In this document: piece after piece, positions 1-6,133 of the stretch
How the letters are laid out: every line of letters starts with the position of its first letter
Position numbering within the stretch: position 1 is the stretch's first letter
Virus record (IMG/VR): IMGVR_UViG_3300007143_000050
Span: 1-7,669 of that record
DNA: 7,669 nt
Origin: a virus
Strand: one strand, 5' to 3'
Made by a program: the position numbers and the translations under genes
The notes under the pieces: generated by a model
Told to the model about the DNA's origin: nothing
Seen by the model: only the letters and a program-made list of their open reading frames with translations
The model's database searches: none

Positions 1-83
1 AATGCTGTCAAGCATCTGTTAAGTAACATAATATAAGTTATGCAGAAATCAGATCACTACTCGATTTGCGTACAAGCAAGCTT
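1..83. repeat. Terminal direct repeat, copy 1 (identical to 7587-7669)
   Basis: Base-by-base comparison: aatgctgtcaagcatctgttaagtaacataatataagttatgcagaaatcagatcactactcgatttgcgtacaagcaagctt occurs at both window ends. Confidence 0.97.
21..48 (-). other. dif-like XerC/XerD recombination site B (putative attP half). It is duplicated at 7607-7634 because it lies inside the terminal overlap.
   Basis: The minus strand reads TTTCTGCATAA-CTTATA-TTATGTTACTT. This has the dif architecture (11-nt arm ending CATAA, 6-nt centre, 11-nt arm starting TTATG). Compare E. coli dif GGTGCGCATAA-TGTATA-TTATGTTAAAT: the XerD arm matches at 8 of its first 8 positions, and the XerC arm core GCATAA is conserved. Confidence 0.6.
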
Positions 84-92
84 ACGCAAATC
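63..92 (-). terminator. Perfect 10-bp stem / 10-nt loop hairpin 14 nt downstream of the hicB-like stop codon. It may be a terminator or an origin-type hairpin.
   Basis: gatttgcgta (63-72) is the exact reverse complement of tacgcaaatc (83-92). No U-tract follows on either strand, so the terminator call is weak. Confidence 0.3.
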
Positions 93-106
93 TGCGTGGC
101 TATGAC

Positions 107-301
107 TTATCCACGAGGACTAATTCCATTCTCCATGCAAACTTGTAAGTAAATATTGAGTGACTTTTCTGCTTTCTGGTATAAGTCTTCAAGATTTGCT
201 GCATAACAGTCCGCACCGCTATTCAAACCTATAAATTGGCCATGAAATTGGTGAATATCTGAGTCATATGAAATCTCAAGGATATAACCATTAATATTCA
301 T
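107..301 (-). CDS. HicB-like antitoxin N-terminal domain protein (HicB_lk_antitox-type), lacking the usual C-terminal DNA-binding domain
   Basis: From the ATG at 301 the product is MNINGYILEISYDSDIHQFHGQFIGLNSGADCYAANLEDLYQKAEKSLNIYLQVCMENGISPRG. This fits the HicB-like N-domain pattern as I recall it: Y.G....yD.ed..FHG...G..d...feg....eL......s...YL..C.e.G..P. The ORF-track version (107-364) starts at a TTG with no SD. ATG starts exist at 322 and 301, and 301 is preceded by the purine-rich aagaagag. The protein stops right after the N-domain, with no RHH/HTH tail. Confidence 0.65.
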   Translation of the reverse strand: MNINGYILEISYDSDIHQFHGQFIGLNSGADCYAANLEDLYQKAEKSLNIYLQVCMENGISPRG

Positions 302-430
302 AATATTACTCTTCTTACACATTGTTGTGCGGTTCTTGCTCTGTAGGTAGTTACAACTATTCAATTTATATCAGTTCGCAAGTTTCACTTTATTAACGTC
401 AACTCTTCGAGATTGACCTTAATAAAGCGA

Positions 431-523
431 TTAAATTGTTCCTGGTGACAGAATTTGAACCTGTGATGAGATATAAATAATAAGAAACACTATCACGATT
501 AATATGATATAAATTTTTCTCAT
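431..523 (-). CDS. Unannotated 30-aa hydrophobic (single-TM-like) peptide
   Basis: Hand translation of the minus strand gives ATG (523-521) ... TAA (433-431) = MRKIYIILIVIVFLIIYISSQVQILSPGTI. The ATG lies 1 nt after the stop of the 86-aa ORF (TAAGATG), with GGTGG 9 nt upstream. It has a basic N-terminus followed by about 15 hydrophobic residues. It is below the ORF-track length cut-off. Confidence 0.35.
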   Translation of the reverse strand: MRKIYIILIVIVFLIIYISSQVQILSPGTI

Positions 524-524
524 C

Positions 525-785
525 TTATTTTGCCACCAAGCTGATATGAAGTAATTCAACGCTAAAGTTCTGATTCACAATGTTAATTAAGGACTCAATC
601 GTATTAAATTGCATAGGTTCAAGGTTTGAATTCGCTAAACGACCAGAGCCATATGGTGAGTAAAATCCTAAATACCATTTAGAATATTTTTTAGGCTTAT
701 GTGGAATGGCAAATACCCTAAATTGCTCTTTAGATAGACTGTAAAAGCGCTTAATTTCTTCAAGTTTAAAGTCAGAATGTTCCAT
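525..785 (-). CDS. Hypothetical 86-aa protein immediately downstream of the Zot/pI-like gene
   Basis: ATG start with AGGAAAG 5 nt upstream. It lies 10 nt after the stop of the preceding gene and on the same strand as the phage core. I recognise no family. Confidence 0.55.
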   Translation of the reverse strand: MEHSDFKLEEIKRFYSLSKEQFRVFAIPHKPKKYSKWYLGFYSPYGSGRLANSNLEPMQFNTIESLINIVNQNFSVELLHISLVAK

Positions 786-795
786 TTAATCTTTC

Positions 796-1839
796 CTAGA
801 GATTTTGTTGCGATGTGATAACTTCGGTATTTTCTTGATTACGTTCAATTAATCTTGGATTTCTGGATGAGCTCATATAGATTCCAGGATTTTTGGCATA
901 TTCGAAGCACATGGGTTCATTGTATGAAATAACTTCACCATATCCATTTCTAGCAACACATTGATTTCCACTAACAATGACTGATGCAACCCTAATAACT
1001 TCATGATCTTGATTGCCTTTTATGGTGCTACCATTTGTTTTATTAGAAGAATTCTTAGAAGTAGATGTATTTTCATCATTATTCAAATCAAGATCTGGAG
1101 CTTTGCCAATTGATTTAATTGCTTCGGTGTCCGTAGCTTTTTTTGCAATATCAATAAAACCACTAGCTAAAAACAGTTTTATTGCAAATCCCATCATGAT
1201 AATAATTGCAATCCCTGCATAAATAAATTTTCGCTGAATTTTAAAACTCATTGATGTATGCGCTGATGCGCTAGTGTATGCCTCGTAATATTTTTTATGA
1301 TATTTAAAGATATAACTATCATGATGCTTGCCTGCATTAGCTGCTGAGTATGGGTCGTTGAAATATTTATCAAAGACATAAACTGTTGCAAACGGAGGTT
1401 TATTTTGTGGACGTTTCACATAGTACATTGCATCTAATAAATTGCGAGTAGAGTGCTCTACCCTTTTAAAATCCTGAGTTATCAGATATATATCAATATT
1501 ACGGTGACCATGAATTGTGAGCTCTTTAATCATTGGGTTCTGAGAAGGTCGGCTAGACGTAAATTCATATTCTTTTCTAAAGTGCACCTCATCATAGAAA
1601 ATCACAGAACCGTCAGGGACATCACGCCAATCATCTGGCGATTTGATGACACCATTTAAATTTAAACCATCAATATCAGCATAGACTGGTCTTATTTCCT
1701 CTTTCTTTTCAGGATCTAGTGTACCTCCATCCTCAATTTTCTTTTGGTACTTAGCATTTAACTCTAACTGCTTCATTATCAGTGAAACAGCAAACTGTGT
1801 TTTTCCTTCTCTAGGTTTTCCGCAAATGCCATATAACAT
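796..1839 (-). CDS. Zot / pI-like filamentous phage assembly NTPase (zonula occludens toxin family)
   Basis: N-terminal P-loop GICGKPREGKT, Walker-B-like SVIFYDEVH, a single mid-protein TM segment (FIYAGIAIIIMMGFAIKLFLASGFI) and a C-terminal extracytoplasmic tail. This is the typical pI/Zot architecture and position (after pVI-like). SD AAGGAA lies 7 nt upstream of the ATG. Confidence 0.85.
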   Translation of the reverse strand: MLYGICGKPREGKTQFAVSLIMKQLELNAKYQKKIEDGGTLDPEKKEEIRPVYADIDGLNLNGVIKSPDDWRDVPDGSVIFYDEVHFRKEYEFTSSRPSQNPMIKELTIHGHRNIDIYLITQDFKRVEHSTRNLLDAMYYVKRPQNKPPFATVYVFDKYFNDPYSAANAGKHHDSYIFKYHKKYYEAYTSASAHTSMSFKIQRKFIYAGIAIIIMMGFAIKLFLASGFIDIAKKATDTEAIKSIGKAPDLDLNNDENTSTSKNSSNKTNGSTIKGNQDHEVIRVASVIVSGNQCVARNGYGEVISYNEPMCFEYAKNPGIYMSSSRNPRLIERNQENTEVITSQQNL

Positions 1840-1841
1840 AG

Positions 1842-2141
1842 TTATGTTCCTTTACGGAAAGCTAAATTTTTAGCTCTTAAAGTCATTTTTATAACTAGGG
1901 CACTAAAAACAATAGATAAACCCACATCAAATCCAGCAATTCCTAGTAAACCAATGACATCACCAAGTGAGTTATAAGACTGTTGTGCATATTCAATATA
2001 TTTATGGATTAAAGTTAAACTGATCGTTGTGCTAACGATGCCTATACCAAGCCCTTTTAAGATGGTTTGTCCTGATTTAGATAAAACTACATCCGCAATT
2101 TTTGTAAGCAAGGAAGCTAATGACATAGATTCAATCCTCAC
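1842..2141 (-). CDS. pVI-like hydrophobic minor coat protein
   Basis: Small, strongly hydrophobic protein (GLGIGIVSTTISLTLI, LLGIAGFDVGLSIVFSALVI) located between the pIII-like and pI-like genes. The track start at 2141 is a GTG overlapping the pIII-like stop. An ATG at 2126 preceded by GAGGA (8-nt spacing) is the more likely start, giving 1842-2126 and 94 aa. Confidence 0.65.
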   Translation of the reverse strand: MRIESMSLASLLTKIADVVLSKSGQTILKGLGIGIVSTTISLTLIHKYIEYAQQSYNSLGDVIGLLGIAGFDVGLSIVFSALVIKMTLRAKNLAFRKGT

Positions 2142-3360
2142 TCGCTTTTCTTGAAGTGCCTGTTACGATAAAGGCAGCAACCACCCAAGCTATTAGAATC
2201 ACTGCTGGTCTTGCTTGATTTGCTAAAGCACAGAATGGTTGGTAACTCAATGTAATATGGCTATTTAAATTTGCGATATTTATAGGAATTTTATTGTCTG
2301 CTGGACAATAAGCATTACCTTGAATATATGAGACTTTCATACTATTAAGTAGATGATCTAAGTTTTCTTCTTCAACTTGCTTCTCAGGCTCTTCTACATT
2401 TTCTGGTTCAGCTTTAACCCAATCAATAAATTCACATACCACATTAAACCACTCACACGCTTCGGGTAATTCTGATGTTGATAAGCCTGTTGGATTTCCA
2501 TCAGAATCCAATACTGGTCGTGTTGTGATTTCTTTGCTTACTTGGCTATCAAAGTCTTTTTCTATTTCTGTTTTTACATCCGGATCAGCAAATATATCAT
2601 TCCAGGGAAAGTAAATTTCACCTGCATGATCATCTACGATTTTGTCTATATCAGCATCAGATAATGGTGATGGTTCACTAGATGGATCTGGGTTCGGACT
2701 AGGATTAGTTTTGGTTGGTTTGTAATAGATAGAGAATGTGCCAGTATCAGTTTCACCTGTAATTTTATGTATAGAAGAATAAGGATGTTGGAAATAACCT
2801 TGTCTTGGGAAGTTCGTGATATTTAAGTAGTCATAAGGCTCTAAAGCATAATTTCGATATTGATCGGAAGGAATAAGCGCACATGATGCTGTTTTAAATG
2901 GTGAATTAGTGACACATTTAGGATTGCCAACAGTTCCTGAGTGAAATTGGTAATCACTGTACGTTGTATTTTGATCTGGTTTTTTACCCCACTTACCATT
3001 GAAGAACTCAAAGCCTAGATAACCTAAAAAGGCGACTAATGCTGCTGAACCTACTGCTAACTGTGGATTTCTAAGCACACGAGATCTTAATGATAGCTTT
3101 GCTAAATTGTTTGTTTTTAACGTATTGAGTTTATATGATTTTTGATAAGTACGATCATTTACAGCATCGCCATATTGATCAACTTTGTGGCCACTAACTT
3201 TTAAGGTTTTAGTAGAGTTGTCGATAGCATATTTTAAGTCCCATTTTTCAGCAGCACCTGCATAAATAGAATTAGACCATATTCCAGTAAGTATTAAAGA
3301 TATAGCTAAAAGAGTTTTTAAAATATTTTTAGAGCGACCAGTATCCAAATCAGTAAGCAT
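2131..3360 (-). CDS. pIII-like adsorption / minor coat protein
   Basis: The N-terminus has a signal-peptide-like hydrophobic stretch (LLAISLILTGIWSNSIYAGAAEK). There are three spaced Cys pairs and a Pro/Ser-rich linker (PTKTNPSPNPDPSSEPSPLSD). The C-terminus carries a TM anchor plus charged tail (AVILIAWVVAAFIVTGTSRKASED). It is the largest structural ORF and sits directly after the major coat gene. SD AGGAG lies 7 nt upstream. Confidence 0.7.
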   Translation of the reverse strand: MLTDLDTGRSKNILKTLLAISLILTGIWSNSIYAGAAEKWDLKYAIDNSTKTLKVSGHKVDQYGDAVNDRTYQKSYKLNTLKTNNLAKLSLRSRVLRNPQLAVGSAALVAFLGYLGFEFFNGKWGKKPDQNTTYSDYQFHSGTVGNPKCVTNSPFKTASCALIPSDQYRNYALEPYDYLNITNFPRQGYFQHPYSSIHKITGETDTGTFSIYYKPTKTNPSPNPDPSSEPSPLSDADIDKIVDDHAGEIYFPWNDIFADPDVKTEIEKDFDSQVSKEITTRPVLDSDGNPTGLSTSELPEACEWFNVVCEFIDWVKAEPENVEEPEKQVEEENLDHLLNSMKVSYIQGNAYCPADNKIPINIANLNSHITLSYQPFCALANQARPAVILIAWVVAAFIVTGTSRKASED

Positions 3361-3431
3361 AAGTATGCTCCTAGTGTATCTATATCCATTTCGTTTCTCT
3401 CAATTAATTCATAGAGTTAAGTAGAAATGAG

Positions 3432-3492
3432 ATAAGGGAGAAATTGCTCCGTTGCTGCGAGCCCTCGCAACCATCGCAATTTACTCCCTTAT
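3432..3492 (-). terminator. Long GC-enriched stem-loop between the major coat gene and the pIII-like gene. Likely a terminator/attenuator, analogous to the post-gene-VIII terminator of Ff phages.
   Basis: ataagggag/ctcccttat (3432-3440 / 3484-3492) and aaattgc/gcaattt (3441-3447 / 3476-3482) give 16 bp with one bulged A (3483). An inner tgcga-gccc-tcgca hairpin lies at 3456-3469. The structure begins 8 nt after the coat gene stop. Only a short T-run follows on the minus strand. Confidence 0.5.
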
Positions 3493-3499
3493 AGTTTGA

Positions 3500-3778
3500 T
3501 TACATTGCAGTTTTAACCCATTTAAAGACTTTCGCAGTCACGAACAGAGATAAGACCGCTAGACCAATTGCAGATACAGTTGCAATTGCACCTGTGATGG
3601 TTTGGATTACTGTTGATACATCGACACCGCCCTCAGCTGCAAATACAGAACTTGCAGATAAAGCGATTCCTGTTACGACCATTTTTTTAATGGTCTTTGT
3701 TTGTTTGGGAATCAACTCTACTCTTAAAGATTGAATACCTTGATTCTCTTGTTTTGGATAAGTTCGTACTTGTGACAT
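3500..3778 (-). CDS. Major coat protein precursor (pVIII-like)
   Basis: The predicted mature part after the ...ALSASSVFA|AEGG cleavage-like site is AEGGVDVSTVIQTITGAIATVSAIGLAVLSLFVTAKVFKWVKTAM (45 aa). It has an acidic N-terminus, a hydrophobic core and a Lys-rich C-terminus, which is the classic inovirus coat layout. The ATG at 3778 has a good SD (GGTGGA, 6-nt spacing). An internal ATG at 3682 (MVVTGIALSASSVFA...) would give a conventional short signal peptide but has no SD. Confidence 0.8.
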   Translation of the reverse strand: MSQVRTYPKQENQGIQSLRVELIPKQTKTIKKMVVTGIALSASSVFAAEGGVDVSTVIQTITGAIATVSAIGLAVLSLFVTAKVFKWVKTAM

Positions 3779-3792
3779 AATAAGTCCACCAT

Positions 3793-3981
3793 TTAATAAC
3801 GCCTGATGGCGTTTTTGGTTTGGTTAAAGACGAACACCGTTGCAAATACAAGAAGTATTGCAGCACCGATTGAATTTGCTTCGGTGTAAGTCAACTTAGG
3901 GAGCAACGATGGTTGCTCTACCCACTGAACACATGTTTGTGTTTCATTGATAGTTTTCAAATCTGAACAAACATATGCCAT
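3793..3981 (-). CDS. Small membrane protein, candidate minor coat protein (pVII/pIX analogue)
   Basis: 62 aa with one C-proximal TM segment (IGAAILLVFATVFVF) followed by a basic tail (KNAIRRY). It lies immediately upstream of the major coat gene. SD AAGGAA is 7 nt upstream of the ATG. Confidence 0.55.
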   Translation of the reverse strand: MAYVCSDLKTINETQTCVQWVEQPSLLPKLTYTEANSIGAAILLVFATVFVFNQTKNAIRRY

Positions 3982-3992
3982 TTCTAAATTCC

Positions 3993-4211
3993 TTACATTT
4001 TTTCAAGTTGATGATTTACCTTCCAAATTAATGTCTTAAGATCATTAATTTCTTCATTTGTTGTTTCATCACTGTCTTGAATTTCTTCTAAATAACCTTC
4101 CAGTACAAATTGGATTCTGGTGTAATCATCTTTACGTAATACACCTATCCGTCTGTCATAGTTCACAGATGCATGAAGTGCATTTCGACGCCTAAAATTA
4201 AATTGGTTCAA
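3993..4211 (-). CDS. Hypothetical 72-aa soluble, acidic-tailed protein; start codon uncertain
   Basis: The open frame fills the gap between the pV-like gene and the next gene. Its first codon is TTG (complement of 4209-4211), which overlaps the pV-like gene end by 14 nt. There is no SD and no in-frame ATG except the last codon. Translational coupling is plausible. Confidence 0.4.
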   Translation of the reverse strand: MNQFNFRRRNALHASVNYDRRIGVLRKDDYTRIQFVLEGYLEEIQDSDETTNEEINDLKTLIWKVNHQLEKM

Positions 4212-4479
4212 TATCGGTCAAGATTACTTTTGAAGTTTTTCCATTTGTTACGGTTTTAAATGCAACCTCGGCATTAAATGGGAAGTCGAGATGAGCAATT
4301 TTGTTGTAATTCACTGAGGTGCCCCAGTTATATTCAATGGTGGCAAATCCCATAGCATTCCCAGTACTCGAATCTAATGGCGCCTGTACATATACAACTG
4401 TTTTGTCATATTTATTTCCATTGAAATCACCTACAGAACGTTTTGCACCAGTGATTGTAAGCGTTTGATTATCTGACAT
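4198..4479 (-). CDS. ssDNA-binding protein (gene V-like)
   Basis: 93 aa, beta-rich sequence (LTITGAKRSVGDF, KTVVYVQAP, KTSKVILTDIEP) directly downstream of the replication gene, which is the conserved position of pV/RstB-type proteins. Strong SD GAGGAA lies 5 nt upstream. The assignment is mostly positional. Confidence 0.55.
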   Translation of the reverse strand: MSDNQTLTITGAKRSVGDFNGNKYDKTVVYVQAPLDSSTGNAMGFATIEYNWGTSVNYNKIAHLDFPFNAEVAFKTVTNGKTSKVILTDIEPI

Positions 4480-4539
4480 AATATTTCCTCATTAAACGAC
4501 CTTAAACTTAGTCCCATGCTGGTCTAAATAAACATGGAG

Positions 4540-5814
4540 TTATGCAACTTTCAGGAATTGTGATACTGGTTCCTGATACCAGTCTGGACGTTGTGAACCA
4601 AAGTCCACATCCACAAAGCGAAGCAACGGAACGATATTGGACTGTGCTTCGCCATGTAAATTTTGTAAAAATGCTTTAGAAAAGCCTGCATCTTGTAATT
4701 CTTTGATATGTCTATAGAAAGTTTGATTTCCGTTATGCATTTTCTTTAATGCGCTATATCCTTGTTCTCTCAAGGAAATATAAAATAGAAGTAATTTATG
4801 AGCTTTGGAGTAACTAATATTCCCTTTAGGAGTGAGTTTGAAATGAACAGATTTAAGTTGTTCTAGTACAGAATCATCATCAGTAATTTTCATTGTTTGA
4901 CCCTCGAAAGCGGCAAAGATATCTGACGTGGTTTCTTTCCATAATTCAGCACATAAGGAACGACCTTGATTTTTTAAGTCCTGTTCATATTGAATTAGAT
5001 CAGTTAATAGAAACGGCAATTCACGTCTTTGTAGCCAACGCTTGCAGATAGTAGATTCGAAACGGATAAGACCCTTAGACCACTCAATTAGCCTTGGATC
5101 AGACATTACGTTGTAGACTCTTAAAGCGACTTCATCTCCAGCGTCAGCTTTTTTCTTGTAATCTTGCATTTGTTTTTGATATTCAATTGCTTTGAGATAT
5201 GCCTTTAAGCGTTTTAGTCTAGAATTTTTTGCACCCCAATAAGCTGTAGTTTGATATTCATCGCCCCTCGCCTTTGTTTGCCCATTACTTACTTTTTTCA
5301 GCATGTCCATAACTTGCTGGGCTTCATAATCATTTTTTAAACGAGCTGAATAAGTTGCATCTAGTTCCCATATTTGTGTTGATTCAACTTCAAGCATTGA
5401 AAATAACTTTGGATATGCCTTTTGTAAGGTCGTCAACATTTCAGCAGCCCCTTGAGCAATATCTGTTGGGCCAAATAAGTTATGTCCCTGGAGAAGTTTT
5501 GCTGGAGATGCCTTTATTTCTATATATGGATAATGATTACAGTCATGGAACACTTTAAATGCCAAAGGTGTATATGAGCTTTCAAGGGATTCAAACGGAT
5601 GATAAATTTCATCTATTTGCCAATCTTTCCAGAATCTATCTTCATGCTCTGCTAAAGCGACTGCCCTAGCCCCTAATGGAATTCCAAGTTTAAGAACATC
5701 AAATAGCATTCCTTTATGCTCATGCTCCATGGCATTTTTTGCAGTCAAATAGGCTGATGCCCCAGTTACATACTGAGGCTTAAATGGTGTCATCATTCTT
5801 AGCCTATCCCACAT
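4540..5814 (-). CDS. Rolling-circle replication initiation protein (pII / Phage_CRI family)
   Basis: The motif IEIKASPAKLLQGHNLFG matches the conserved ..NP.K.LQGHN.FG signature I associate with filamentous phage replication proteins (gene II/X, CRI). It is the largest ORF and the first in the core operon. The start could be the ATG at 5814 (no SD) or the ATG-ATG at 5796/5793 (preceded by taggctaaga). Confidence 0.8.
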   Translation of the reverse strand: MWDRLRMMTPFKPQYVTGASAYLTAKNAMEHEHKGMLFDVLKLGIPLGARAVALAEHEDRFWKDWQIDEIYHPFESLESSYTPLAFKVFHDCNHYPYIEIKASPAKLLQGHNLFGPTDIAQGAAEMLTTLQKAYPKLFSMLEVESTQIWELDATYSARLKNDYEAQQVMDMLKKVSNGQTKARGDEYQTTAYWGAKNSRLKRLKAYLKAIEYQKQMQDYKKKADAGDEVALRVYNVMSDPRLIEWSKGLIRFESTICKRWLQRRELPFLLTDLIQYEQDLKNQGRSLCAELWKETTSDIFAAFEGQTMKITDDDSVLEQLKSVHFKLTPKGNISYSKAHKLLLFYISLREQGYSALKKMHNGNQTFYRHIKELQDAGFSKAFLQNLHGEAQSNIVPLLRFVDVDFGSQRPDWYQEPVSQFLKVA

Positions 5815-5938
5815 AATTTACTTGTTTAAAAGTTACCAATAGAAGTAAAACAATTAAAACAATTTAAAAGTAACTTTACAATCTAAAAATAAAGGTAAAA
5901 TGTAAAAAAGTAACTTTGTTTATATGAGTACTATGTGA
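5815..5938. promoter_or_regulatory. Divergent control region between the replication gene and the small plus-strand gene. It carries repeated AAAAGTAACTTT boxes and a tandem 9-mer.
   Basis: AAAAGTAACTTT occurs at 5866-5877 and 5906-5917, exactly 40 bp apart. The inverted core AAAAGTTAC occurs at 5828-5836. A tandem AAAACAATT x2 lies at 5847-5864. The region is extremely AT-rich with many -10-like hexamers, and I cannot assign individual promoters confidently. Confidence 0.5.
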
Positions 5939-6133
5939 ATGGCTAAAGTCTATAAAGTCCGAGATGAAGAAGTAGAGGCAATTAAAGAAGCCTTGATGAA
6001 ATTTGTCATTGATAAAAAAGTCTTAATGAAAGAATCGGATGTGATCCATGCATTGATTAAATATCATCTTAAAAACTTAAAGTCTGAGGAAGTTGTTCGC
6101 TATCGAGAAGATGTTTTAGGTAAAGATGACTAA
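5939..6133 (+). CDS. Small (64 aa) putative transcriptional regulator, transcribed divergently from the replication gene (positional analogue of RstR/phage repressors)
   Basis: MAKVYKVRDEEVEAIKEALMKF...ESDVIHALIKYHL is compatible with a short strand-helix-helix (RHH-like) layout. The position is divergent from rep across a repeat-bearing intergenic region. The SD is weak. No family was recognised with certainty. Confidence 0.4.
   Translation: MAKVYKVRDEEVEAIKEALMKFVIDKKVLMKESDVIHALIKYHLKNLKSEEVVRYREDVLGKDD

Noticed and set aside
1-83. The 83-nt end repeats as attL/attR of an integrated prophage
   Set aside because: XerCD-type att duplications are about 28 bp and usually imperfect. Here the identity is perfect over 83 nt, runs exactly to both window ends and cuts a hairpin in half, so a circular overlap (or tandem unit) is more likely. 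Integration cannot be excluded without flanking sequence.
78-83. The window and repeat end on AAGCTT (HindIII site)
   Set aside because: It could hint at a cloning boundary, but the same hexamer is simply the loop of the 63-92 hairpin and the sequence continues through it at the other end. I treat it as coincidence.
525-785. The 86-aa protein as the missing HicA toxin
   Set aside because: The resemblance is only loose (IPHKPKK stretch and a possible alpha-beta3-alpha order). The GSH/His catalytic signature is absent and the protein is about 25 aa longer than typical HicA. It is kept as a hypothesis to test, not as an annotation.
1013-1659. Plus-strand ORFs 1013-1222 and 1453-1659 inside the Zot/pI-like gene
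   Set aside because: They lie entirely antisense to a well-supported gene with clear motifs. They have no SD and give low-complexity hydrophobic or odd translations typical of shadow frames in AT-rich DNA.
5355-5558. Plus-strand ORF antisense to the replication gene
   Set aside because: It is a shadow ORF inside the region encoding the conserved ASPAKLLQGHNLFG motif of Rep. It has no RBS and no recognisable features.
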